64,000 nt of DNA from positions 1 to 64,000 of the forward strand of contig JABHQW010000008.1 in assembly GCA_018696595.1 (NCBI GenBank), given 5' to 3'. This stretch comes from Candidatus Woesearchaeota archaeon. Its GTDB lineage: Archaea > Nanobdellota > Nanobdellia > Woesearchaeales > GW2011-AR9. Of this stretch, positions 1 through 7,433 are shown piece after piece; the stretch's first letter is position 1, and each line of letters starts with the position of its first letter. The position numbers and the translations under genes are program-made. The notes beneath the pieces are model-generated. The model was not told the DNA's origin. It did no database searches and saw nothing but the letters and a program-made list of their open reading frames with translations.

Positions 1-169
1 CTAATAAGCCAGTGTTCTTAGCGACTTTACCAAAAAGTTTGACATCTGCAGTATGTGCTTTATTACCAGCCATTAACTCAACTGCTCCATCTGCTTTGGC
101 AGAAAAAGGAGAAGCTAAAGTTACAGCAAGTGCCAGTGTTGTTAATCCTTTCTTCAATTTTTGTTTCAC
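1..169 (-). CDS. Partial (N-terminus only) secreted beta-barrel-like protein, paralogue of 28860-29552
   Basis: GTG start at 169 after GGAGG. Translates VKQKLKKGLTTLALAVTLASPFSAKADGAVELMAGNKAHTADVKLFGKVAKNTGLL and runs off the window edge. Signal peptide, then a segment matching GSVELMAGNEAVTLDAKLFGELAPKTNLL of the paralogue. Absent from the ORF track. Confidence 0.75.
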   Translation of the reverse strand, partial: MKQKLKKGLTTLALAVTLASPFSAKADGAVELMAGNKAHTADVKLFGKVAKNTGLL

Positions 170-178
170 TTTATTTTT

Positions 179-198
179 CCTCCGGCATTGCGCCAAAA
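179..198 (-). repeat. 20-bp leader element copy A (TTTTGGCGCAATGCCGGAGG)
   Basis: Identical to 829-848. Contains the SD GGAGG and a small GGC/GCC hairpin. Confidence 0.9.
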
Positions 199-209
199 TG
201 ATTTATTGT

Positions 210-548
210 TTATCCTCTGATATAACCAGTCACTCTTGCATCAACGGCATAATCTGGAAATTTTTCTTCTAGAACATCTCTAACCAGATTAATTGGTGGG
301 TTTCCAAAACTTCCGCTAGTCCCGTAAGTTTTGATGGTTTTATTCTGATGATTCATGGTCAAAATTCCTCCACCTAGAACTTCCATATGACTATTGTGGG
401 ATAAACTTCCAACAAATGCTCTGGCGATGCTGTCATGATAATCATAAGGTAAAGACACCAAAACATATTTTTCTTTTTCTCCCTCAACAACATGAGCGAA
501 GATGTATTTTTCATCACCATTGTGTTCGATGATTGCTTCAAGTTCCAT
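210..548 (-). CDS. Janus/Ocnus family protein (14-kDa phosphohistidine phosphatase PHPT1-like)
   Basis: Motifs follow PHPT1 in order: GDEKYIF (GVFKYVL), DYHDSI (EYHADI, catalytic His), EVLGGG (ECLGGG), KTIKTYGTSGSFG (KKIHVYGYSMAYG), EEKFPDYAV..GY (KAKYPDYEV..GY). Confidence 0.8.
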   Translation of the reverse strand: MELEAIIEHNGDEKYIFAHVVEGEKEKYVLVSLPYDYHDSIARAFVGSLSHNSHMEVLGGGILTMNHQNKTIKTYGTSGSFGNPPINLVRDVLEEKFPDYAVDARVTGYIRG

Positions 549-568
549 TTTTCATTTACCTCCGTATT

Positions 569-820
569 TTAGTTGTACCATCTCCTAGATTGAATTGCTG
601 AGTACACTTCTTTGTTTTGATATCCAGTAGCTTGTGCTAACCACGGAACCAACATCTGTCTTGCATGTGTAGAAGGTCCTAAAGGACAAGCTATTTGATT
701 TTCAGTTTTAAGTAAAAACGGATGTTTACTTCCACTTACAATTTCAATCCCTCCAATTTTTCTAATTAATTTAGTCAAATCTGAGATCTTGTGGCCGTCT
801 CGTGTTTTTTTTCCTCCCAT
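569..820 (-). CDS. Small basic protein, possibly HicA-like (dsRBD fold)
   Basis: Likely start is ATG at 820 after GGAGGTAAATGAA. The LIRKIGG...GSKHPF...CP...LVPWLAQATG pattern loosely resembles HicA. No HicB adjacent. Confidence 0.35.
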   Translation of the reverse strand: MGGKKTRDGHKISDLTKLIRKIGGIEIVSGSKHPFLLKTENQIACPLGPSTHARQMLVPWLAQATGYQNKEVYSAIQSRRWYN

Positions 821-828
821 TTCATTTA

Positions 829-848
829 CCTCCGGCATTGCGCCAAAA
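829..848 (-). repeat. 20-bp leader element copy B
   Basis: Identical to 179-198. Lies about 15-20 nt downstream of a minus-strand TATA-like TATAAAAA (862-870). Confidence 0.9.
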
Positions 849-876
849 GTAACAATTTTGCACTTTTTATATCAAA

Positions 877-903
877 GTTTGTTGTAGAAATAGCAACAAC
901 AGA
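877..903. promoter_or_regulatory. Palindromic operator TTGTTG-N9-CAACAA in the TrmB divergent promoter
   Basis: gtttgttgtagaaatagcaacaacaga, between the two divergent TATA boxes. A 25/27 match occurs at 2126-2152. Confidence 0.7.
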
Positions 904-941
904 CAGAAAGATTTAAATAAAACAACATTAAATTAAGAGTC

Positions 942-1664
942 ATGGCAAAAATAGAATCTGTTTTGGAAAACCTAGGTTTCTCACCCAATGAAATTAAAGT
1001 ATACTTAGCACTAAACGATCATGGTTCAAGCAAAGCAGGTAAAGTTTCAAAGATTGCTAAGATTGACCGAAGCAGTTGTTACAATACATTAAAATCTCTT
1101 ATCGAAAAAGGATTAGTAAGTTACGTTTCTATTGGCCAAATTAAATGGTTCCAATCTGCAGGACCAAAAAAGTTATTGCAATATATCAAAGAACAAGAAG
1201 AAGATATTAAAGAAATTATTCCAGACTTAGATGCGAGACACAAAGCTACAAAAACAAGCGGTCAAGTAAGATTATACAAAGGCCTAAAAGGAGTAAGAAC
1301 AATTTTCCAAGATATTATTTCTTCAAAAGCAAAAGAGAATCTTCTTTTCGGTAGCGAATCTCAATTAGAAGAACGTATGCCGGCATATCAAAAACAATTT
1401 GTTAGGCAATTGAAAGAAAATAAAATGTTGGTTAGAGAAATTGTTCGAGAAGATCGAGACAATAAAACATCTAATCCAAAACAAACAAGGTATGTTTCAA
1501 AAAATGTGATCTCTCCAGTAGCGACAAATATCTATGCTGATAAGATTGCTTTAGTCGTCTGGACAGATGAACCAGAAGGAATTATTATTGAGAACGAAGC
1601 GGCTGCAAAAGCTTACAGGAGCTATTTTGAGTTTATGTGGGAACATGCAAAAAAGAGAAAATAA
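942..1664 (+). CDS. TrmB family transcriptional regulator
   Basis: N-terminal wHTH (LGFSPNEIKVYLAL...DRSSCYNTLKSLIEKGLV) plus a C-terminal effector-like domain. TTTAAATA TATA box upstream. Confidence 0.85.
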   Translation: MAKIESVLENLGFSPNEIKVYLALNDHGSSKAGKVSKIAKIDRSSCYNTLKSLIEKGLVSYVSIGQIKWFQSAGPKKLLQYIKEQEEDIKEIIPDLDARHKATKTSGQVRLYKGLKGVRTIFQDIISSKAKENLLFGSESQLEERMPAYQKQFVRQLKENKMLVREIVREDRDNKTSNPKQTRYVSKNVISPVATNIYADKIALVVWTDEPEGIIIENEAAAKAYRSYFEFMWEHAKKRK

Positions 1665-1668
1665 TTTC

Positions 1669-1827
1669 TTAATGTTCTAAATAATTTTTTACTTCTTGAT
1701 ATTTTTCTAATTTATCTCCAACCGCAGCAGGATTTTTTAGATACTCTTGATTCCTCAACAACTTTTTCAAATGCATTACTTCATCATTAACAATCTCATA
1801 AAGTGTTTCTTTTATTTGTTGTTCCAT
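1669..1827 (-). CDS. Small hypothetical protein (52 aa, MEQQIKETLYEIVNDEV...)
   Basis: ATG with GGGAG SD. Third of three tandem small ORFs, convergent with TrmB. Confidence 0.6.
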   Translation of the reverse strand: MEQQIKETLYEIVNDEVMHLKKLLRNQEYLKNPAAVGDKLEKYQEVKNYLEH

Positions 1828-1841
1828 TTTTCATTCTCCCC

Positions 1842-1964
1842 CTACTGTATTATTCCGTGCACATTTACTGTGTGGATTCTGATTCTCATCCCGCTTTCTT
1901 CAAATTCTCCTTGCCTTCCTTCTATCATCTTCGCACAGATTTTATTCAGTTCGCTTAGTTCCAT
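1842..1964 (-). CDS. Small hypothetical protein (40 aa, MELSELNKICAKMIEG...)
   Basis: ATG lies 4 nt after the upstream stop, with GGAG SD. Confidence 0.5.
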   Translation of the reverse strand: MELSELNKICAKMIEGRQGEFEESGMRIRIHTVNVHGIIQ

Positions 1965-1968
1965 TGTT

Positions 1969-2091
1969 TTATCTCCAGCCCCTTATTCCCAGAGCTTGTT
2001 CTGCCATCCATCTTGCTTTATCTTGCGACCAGTTCGGGTGTTTTCTTAGCAAGATTTCTTCCACTCTTTGAATTTCTTTTTTGGTTTCCAT
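1969..2091 (-). CDS. Small hypothetical protein (40 aa, METKKEIQRVEEILLRKHPNWSQDKARWMAEQALGIRGWR)
   Basis: First ORF downstream of the operator at 2126-2152. Helical, Trp-rich. Confidence 0.55.
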   Translation of the reverse strand: METKKEIQRVEEILLRKHPNWSQDKARWMAEQALGIRGWR

Positions 2092-2125
2092 TTCAATAAT
2101 AAGAATTAAACTAAAGCATTTAATT

Positions 2126-2152
2126 GTTTGTTGTAGAAGTATCAACAACAGA
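2126..2152. promoter_or_regulatory. Second copy of the TTGTTG-N9-CAACAA operator
   Basis: gtttgttgtagaagtatcaacaacaga, 2 mismatches to 877-903. Upstream of the small-ORF trio. Confidence 0.7.
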
Positions 2153-2166
2153 ATGAAGTTAGAACT

Positions 2167-2682
2167 CTATGGTTCTTTTTGGTCGACAAATCTTCCAGAA
2201 TATTTTGCTTTACCAATAGTTTTTTGAAAAATGAATTGGCACATTTTAGTGCCTGCATGTAATCTTAATGAAACAGCGCCCATATTACTAATTTCTAAAA
2301 CTTGCCGATTACTTATTCCTGGTTGCATGAAACTAGCAGAAATATGTACTAAAAGTCCTAACCTGGCAAAACGACTTCTGCCTTCTAACCAACCACAAAG
2401 ATTTGAAGCTAAAGTTATTTTTTCTTGAGTAATTCCTAAAATTGTTTCTCCTGGTTTAACAACGATAGAATCAGTAGTTACCAGTTTAGTAATATCTTGA
2501 TAATTTAAATTTTCATTTGCGTCCATAACTTTTTTTAATTTTTTGAAAACCCTAAACTTGTTACTTAAAGTTAAATCTATTGATCCTGGGCCAAGAGCAG
2601 ACTTATTGAAAGGAATGATTTTTATTGATCCTTTCCTAACCTCTTTTAAAATTTCATTTTTAGTTAATATTGACATTTTCAA
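2167..2682 (-). CDS. dcd: dCTP deaminase
   Basis: PGSIDLTL, EGRSRFARLGL, QPG...LEISN, CQFIF motifs. The first ATG is at 2676. Confidence 0.85.
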   Translation of the reverse strand: MKMSILTKNEILKEVRKGSIKIIPFNKSALGPGSIDLTLSNKFRVFKKLKKVMDANENLNYQDITKLVTTDSIVVKPGETILGITQEKITLASNLCGWLEGRSRFARLGLLVHISASFMQPGISNRQVLEISNMGAVSLRLHAGTKMCQFIFQKTIGKAKYSGRFVDQKEP

Positions 2683-3194
2683 TTAATATAAACGTGAGCA
2701 GCGCCAACTAAAGTTTCTATGCTGCCAAACTTAAGCAAATATTCTTTTAAGAAATCAAACCCAAAAATAATTGCCACAATAATTAAAACAATTCCAAAAA
2801 AACCTAAAACCATTCCTAGAACTGCCATCCATTTGCCTTTCATATGCTCACGATGAGTTTGCATTAAACCACCAATGCCAAAAATTACTGCAAGTACGCT
2901 AAACAAAGGCAATATCAATCCAAATATCCCTAAAACTAAAGACATAAAAGAAAACTCTGAATGATATTTCTCTTCATAAGGGTTATGATGATACTTTTTT
3001 AAACGAGACTTTGAACCTTTAACACTTGCTTTTTGCTTTTCTTTAGATTCAGGGGCCACCTCTTCTTCAGTTTTCTCAGAAGCCTCACTACTTTCTCCAA
3101 GATTCAGATTAAAGTCTTCATTTGTTTCCAAGTCAAAATCTTTTACTGCTCTTTGAGAAGTTCTCTTTTCAAGTTCATCCATTGAATCGCCCAT
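2679..3194 (-). CDS. Membrane protein with acidic N-terminus and DUF4190-like two-TM C-terminus
   Basis: SLVLGIFGLI...AVIFGIGGL...KGKWMAVLGMVLG pattern. The start is probably 3194 rather than 3254. Confidence 0.65.
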   Translation of the reverse strand: MGDSMDELEKRTSQRAVKDFDLETNEDFNLNLGESSEASEKTEEEVAPESKEKQKASVKGSKSRLKKYHHNPYEEKYHSEFSFMSLVLGIFGLILPLFSVLAVIFGIGGLMQTHREHMKGKWMAVLGMVLGFFGIVLIIVAIIFGFDFLKEYLLKFGSIETLVGAAHVYIN

Positions 3195-3256
3195 TATTAA
3201 AACTAAATAAAAACAATATATAAATCTTGCCCCAATAGACAACAAAAAAAACATCT

Positions 3257-3378
3257 TTGTCTAGTGTCAAAGCGCTTCTAACCGATAAATTTTCTAGTTA
3301 AAAACAGTGATATATAAACCACTAGACACACTAGACAACCCCAGATAGCACTTATATATTACCTCTGACACTATTAGA
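3257..3378. promoter_or_regulatory. Divergent promoter region with repeated TGTCTAGTGT motif
   Basis: 11-bp inverted repeat at 3257-3267 and 3328-3338, partial copies at 3321-3328 and 3366-3373. TATA-like boxes near 3311 and 3352. Confidence 0.5.
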
Positions 3379-3401
3379 ATCATAAAAAAGAGGTGATCAA
3401 T

Positions 3402-3530
3402 ATGATTGATTTGTCAACAAAAACAATAAAAAAATTATTTGAGGAACAAGTTAGAGCTTTAACAATGCAAACTGTCGGAATAAAACAACAAACTTTTGAT
3501 TACCAATTTAGTGGAGGTTGGATAAGATGA
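3402..3530 (+). CDS. Small hypothetical protein (42 aa, MIDLSTKTIKKLFEEQVRAL...)
   Basis: Strong archaeal SD GAGGTGA at 3390-3396. Confidence 0.6.
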   Translation: MIDLSTKTIKKLFEEQVRALTMQTVGIKQQTFDYQFSGGWIR

Positions 3531-3628
3531 ACATGAAACAAAGAATAGCATATTTAATACAAAAATACGAAAACAATGAGTTTTTTAATCTCATTCCCAA
3601 TAAACAAACTTACTTAGATGAATATTAA
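3527..3628 (+). CDS. Small hypothetical protein (33 aa, MNMKQRIAYLIQKYENNEFF...)
   Basis: ATGA overlap with the upstream ORF and GGAGGT SD at 3513-3518. Confidence 0.55.
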   Translation: MNMKQRIAYLIQKYENNEFFNLIPNKQTYLDEY

Positions 3629-3666
3629 AACCTTCTAGCCAAGGCACACCACACCTCGAATTAATA

Positions 3667-4281
3667 TTGGGGGCAGAAAAAATTTATAAACTGCCCCTTC
3701 TATTTCTCTTTGTAATGAAAATATTAACAAAAGCTGAAGTACAATTACAATTTGAAGAACTTGCCAATAAAATAAAAACGGGCCAAGTATTCATCCACCC
3801 AACCGATACAATTTATGGCATTAGTTGTAACGCTACAAATGAAACTTCTGTTAAAAAAGTTAGAGACCTAAAAGAACGCCAGGAGAATCCATTTTCAATT
3901 TGGGCACCATCAATAAAGTGGATTGAAAAAAACTGCGTAATAGATCAAGAAGCCAAGAAATGGTTAAAAGAGTTACCTGGCCCTTATACTTTAATTCTTA
4001 AGTTGAAAAACAAAAAAGCAATTTCAAAGAATGTTAATCCAGGACCAGACACAATTGGAGTGAGAATTCCAAACCATTGGTTCTCTCGAGTTGTAGAAGC
4101 ATTAGGATTTCCAATCATCACAACTTCTGCCAATAAAGCAGGAAAACCATTTATGACCAATTTAGAAGACCTTGATTCTGAAATGAAAATGAAAGTTGAT
4201 TTTATTATTTATGAAGGAGAGAAGAAAGTTCGCCCTTCTAAGATCATTAACTTAGTTAAAGGTAACATTAAAGAAAGATAA
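3667..4281 (+). CDS. sua5: Threonylcarbamoyl-AMP synthase (YrdC/Sua5 domain only)
   Basis: HPTDTIYGI, LPGPYTLIL, GVRIP, TTSANKAG motifs. The real start is probably MKILTK at 3715. Confidence 0.9.
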   Translation: MGAEKIYKLPLLFLFVMKILTKAEVQLQFEELANKIKTGQVFIHPTDTIYGISCNATNETSVKKVRDLKERQENPFSIWAPSIKWIEKNCVIDQEAKKWLKELPGPYTLILKLKNKKAISKNVNPGPDTIGVRIPNHWFSRVVEALGFPIITTSANKAGKPFMTNLEDLDSEMKMKVDFIIYEGEKKVRPSKIINLVKGNIKER

Positions 4282-4283
4282 TA

Positions 4284-5330
4284 TCAAACACTAATTCTTT
4301 CACCATTAATAAAAATTTGCGGATTCTTAAAAATTTGATCGCCATGAAAAACAGTTTTGATCTCACCACCAAACCAAAAATTGCTACCAATTCCAATATG
4401 TGCGGTCCCTAAAACTTTCTCATCCATGATTGTAGAACCAATTAGTAGAGCCCCAGGATTAATTCCAATCCCCAATTCTCCGATATGCCTTACTCGATAA
4501 GGATATTTGGCCCGGTCTTCATATTTTTGAAAAGTTTCTTCCAAAAGAGATGCTTGTTTTCCTTCCAACTCAACGACTTTTCCTTCTTTAATAATCAACT
4601 TGACTGGTTCATCCAACAAAACCGTCCCCGTATTGGTTTTCATACTTCCATCAATTACCACAACCCCTTCAACGCCATAATATCCCTTGGGAGGAATGTA
4701 AACCTCACCAGCAGGCATATTTCCACCACTTCCTTGCACCTTATAATTACCAACATTAGCTAAAGCAGTCATGCCCATTACATTAAAAGTTACATCTGTG
4801 CCATTATCTGTTTTTATTCTGATAGTGTTAGCTTTATCCAATTTTCTCTTTAAAATTAACCCTTTCTTTTCCATCCGAGAATAGTTGATATTAATCGCTT
4901 CCATAAATAATTCAAAATGGCTCGTTCTAGCATCTGCTAATCCTGTTGCGGAGATAAATCTATGACCATTATCTCTACAAAAACCACGGAAACTTTTTGT
5001 CAACCCCATTCTTCCCAATTTGTTTGATACAGAAAGAATAATAATACTATTTGGGGATAAGTTCTCTAAAGCTTTAACAACATGTTCATCGGCATGCATA
5101 AACCCCTTCTTTACATTCTGAAAAAGTAGTGAGACATCCAGATCCTTTTTCTTAGCTGCCAAGTAATATCCGTAAGCTAACATGACAGATAATCTTTTAC
5201 TTTTCTCTCCATAATCAGAAATAATCAAAATATCTTCATTCTTAACTTTCAAACAACTTTTTAAGACTCTGTTGAACTGTGAACTATACTTTTCAACTTT
5301 TTCCGCAAAATCTTTAGTTAACCCAAACAT
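4284..5330 (-). CDS. Aminopeptidase, M29 (thermophilic metalloprotease) family
   Basis: GNMPAGEVYI, VIDGS, IGELGIGIN, DEKVLGTAHIGIG and HGD motifs. Confidence 0.8.
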   Translation of the reverse strand: MFGLTKDFAEKVEKYSSQFNRVLKSCLKVKNEDILIISDYGEKSKRLSVMLAYGYYLAAKKKDLDVSLLFQNVKKGFMHADEHVVKALENLSPNSIIILSVSNKLGRMGLTKSFRGFCRDNGHRFISATGLADARTSHFELFMEAININYSRMEKKGLILKRKLDKANTIRIKTDNGTDVTFNVMGMTALANVGNYKVQGSGGNMPAGEVYIPPKGYYGVEGVVVIDGSMKTNTGTVLLDEPVKLIIKEGKVVELEGKQASLLEETFQKYEDRAKYPYRVRHIGELGIGINPGALLIGSTIMDEKVLGTAHIGIGSNFWFGGEIKTVFHGDQIFKNPQIFINGERISV

Positions 5331-5396
5331 GTTTATTCTCAGAAAGAGAGGTATATTAAAAGATTTTGTTAGTTAATAGAATATATGTTAGAGAAG

Positions 5397-6347
5397 TCAG
5401 TTTTTTCTAATCTTGCAGACAAAGAAACCTTCTGTATCATTATCCTGTGGCCAGATACGCATTACATCCTTAACAGCAGAATTATACTTCTTTCCTTTAA
5501 ATTCCATTACTGATTTTGCCAACTTCAAACCAGGAAGTTTAACTTTAACAACTTCGGCATTGTCAAACTTCTCTAATAAATAATCCACAACCCCTTCATT
5601 TTCTTCAGGTTCAACAGAACAAGTGGAATACACCATTTCCCCACCAGACTTAAGATTCTCAAATGCACTTACAATAAGCTCTTTCTGCTGCCTGGCCAGT
5701 TTAGAGATCATACCTGGATTCCAAATACTAATTGTTTTCAAACTCTTACGAATTGTCCCTGTTCCAGAACAAGGAGCATCAACCAGAATCTTATCAAACT
5801 CAAACTCATGAAAACGTTTTCCTGACATTAAAGAAACGATTGTATTTGTCAACCCACTACGTTGTAAATTAATCCCCAAAGATTGTAATCTTGCTCCTTT
5901 GTAATCATTAGCAACAATTAATCCCTTATTTTTCATCATTACAGCCATTTGTGTTGTTTTGCTACCTGGAGCAGCACACATATCCAAAACAATCTCTCCT
6001 GGTTTAGGATTTAAAACAAGTGGAGGAATCATACTAGCAGCTTCTTGAACATAAATCTGTCCCAAATGATGTTCAAATAAATTTCCAACATCTCTCCGAT
6101 CTGGATGAAAAATCCAGAATCCTTCTTTACACCAAGGGATTGGATCAAGTTGCCATCCTTTTTCTTGAATAGACTTTTTAACTTCTGCAATGGAAGCAAG
6201 ATTAGTATTAATTCGAATACTTCTTCTTAAGAAAGATAAAGAATATTCCCTAAACTGGTCCCAATTTGTTAATTGAGAATATCTCTCAATAAATAAAGGT
6301 TTAAACTTCATATTTTCAGCGTTAGAGATTGGTTCCAATTTTGCCAT
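5397..6347 (-). CDS. RNA m5C methyltransferase, NOL1/NOP2/Sun family
   Basis: VQEAASM, LDMCAAPGSKT, ILVDAPCSGTG and YSTCSVEPEENE motifs. Confidence 0.92.
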   Translation of the reverse strand: MAKLEPISNAENMKFKPLFIERYSQLTNWDQFREYSLSFLRRSIRINTNLASIAEVKKSIQEKGWQLDPIPWCKEGFWIFHPDRRDVGNLFEHHLGQIYVQEAASMIPPLVLNPKPGEIVLDMCAAPGSKTTQMAVMMKNKGLIVANDYKGARLQSLGINLQRSGLTNTIVSLMSGKRFHEFEFDKILVDAPCSGTGTIRKSLKTISIWNPGMISKLARQQKELIVSAFENLKSGGEMVYSTCSVEPEENEGVVDYLLEKFDNAEVVKVKLPGLKLAKSVMEFKGKKYNSAVKDVMRIWPQDNDTEGFFVCKIRKN

Positions 6348-6428
6348 AATTGTCCTAATAAAGTAATCATTTAAAAAGTTTTATATAAGAGTCTTTCTTT
6401 ATTTAGAAATATAAAAGAGGTCAATAAA

Positions 6429-7424
6429 ATGGTTAACGTAGCAATCAATGGTTTTGGAAGAATCGGTAGAATGGTTCTTCGAGCAGGATGGAACGATAAA
6501 AAAATAAATTTTGTCGCTATTAACGATTTAACTGATACAAAAAACTTAGCATATTTATTACAATATGATTCTGTTCACGGAAAATTTGATCAAAAAATTT
6601 CTTATACAAAAGATTCATTAATTATTGGAAAGAAAAAAATAAAAATATATGCAGAAAAAGACCCTGCAAGTTTACCTTGGAAAAAACATAAAGTAGATGT
6701 TGTTGTAGAAAGCACAGGTAGATTTAGAACTAATGAATTATGTCAGTTACATCTTAAAGCAGGAGCAAAAAAAGTTCTTCTTTCCGCACCTTGTAAAGGT
6801 AATGACATTCCCATGTATGTTTATGGGGTCAATCATAAAAAATACAAAAAATCTGAAAAAATTATTTCTAACGCTTCTTGTACAACTAATGGCCTTGCAC
6901 CTTTAATCAAAGTAATCAATGACAAATTCGGAATTAAAAAAGGATTAATGACAACAGTGCACGCTTACACAAATGATCAAAGATTACTAGATTTGCCCCA
7001 CAAAGACTTGAGAAGAGGAAGAGCAGCTGCATTAAATATTATTCCAACAACTACAGGGGCAGCAAAAGCAATTGGGAAAATAATTCCTGAATTGGATGGC
7101 AAACTGAATGGTATGGCAATTAGGGTCCCAGTCGCAGATGGTTCTTTAATTGATTTGACGTTAGAACTTAAGAAAAAAGTTAATGGTTGCGGAATTGTAA
7201 ATGACGCTTTAATCAAAGCTTCTAAAAAAGAAATGAAAGGAATAATTGAACATAGTGATTTCCCTTTAGTCAGCAGTGATATCATTGGAAACCCCCATTC
7301 TTCCGTATTTGAATCAGATTGTACTTTAGAAATGGAAGGAAACTTAGTAAAAATTATTGCTTGGTATGATAACGAATGGGGCTATAGTAATAGGATGATA
7401 GACATGATAAAATTCATATCATGA
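6429..7424 (+). CDS. gap: Glyceraldehyde-3-phosphate dehydrogenase, bacterial type I
   Basis: NGFGRIGR, ASCTTN and WYDNEWGYS motifs. Confidence 0.95.
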   Translation: MVNVAINGFGRIGRMVLRAGWNDKKINFVAINDLTDTKNLAYLLQYDSVHGKFDQKISYTKDSLIIGKKKIKIYAEKDPASLPWKKHKVDVVVESTGRFRTNELCQLHLKAGAKKVLLSAPCKGNDIPMYVYGVNHKKYKKSEKIISNASCTTNGLAPLIKVINDKFGIKKGLMTTVHAYTNDQRLLDLPHKDLRRGRAAALNIIPTTTGAAKAIGKIIPELDGKLNGMAIRVPVADGSLIDLTLELKKKVNGCGIVNDALIKASKKEMKGIIEHSDFPLVSSDIIGNPHSSVFESDCTLEMEGNLVKIIAWYDNEWGYSNRMIDMIKFIS

Positions 7425-7433
7425 ATCAATTAA

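Noticed and set aside
12-272. Plus-strand 86-aa ORF from the track
   Set aside because: It is the antisense shadow of the minus-strand barrel-like gene (start 169) and overlaps the PHPT1-like gene.
179-848. 20-bp repeats as a CRISPR mini-array or IS terminal repeats
   Set aside because: The repeats are separated by whole genes, are direct rather than inverted, and no cas or transposase gene is in the window.
1747-2049. Plus-strand 100-aa ORF
   Set aside because: Low-complexity antisense of three minus-strand small ORFs that have SD signals.
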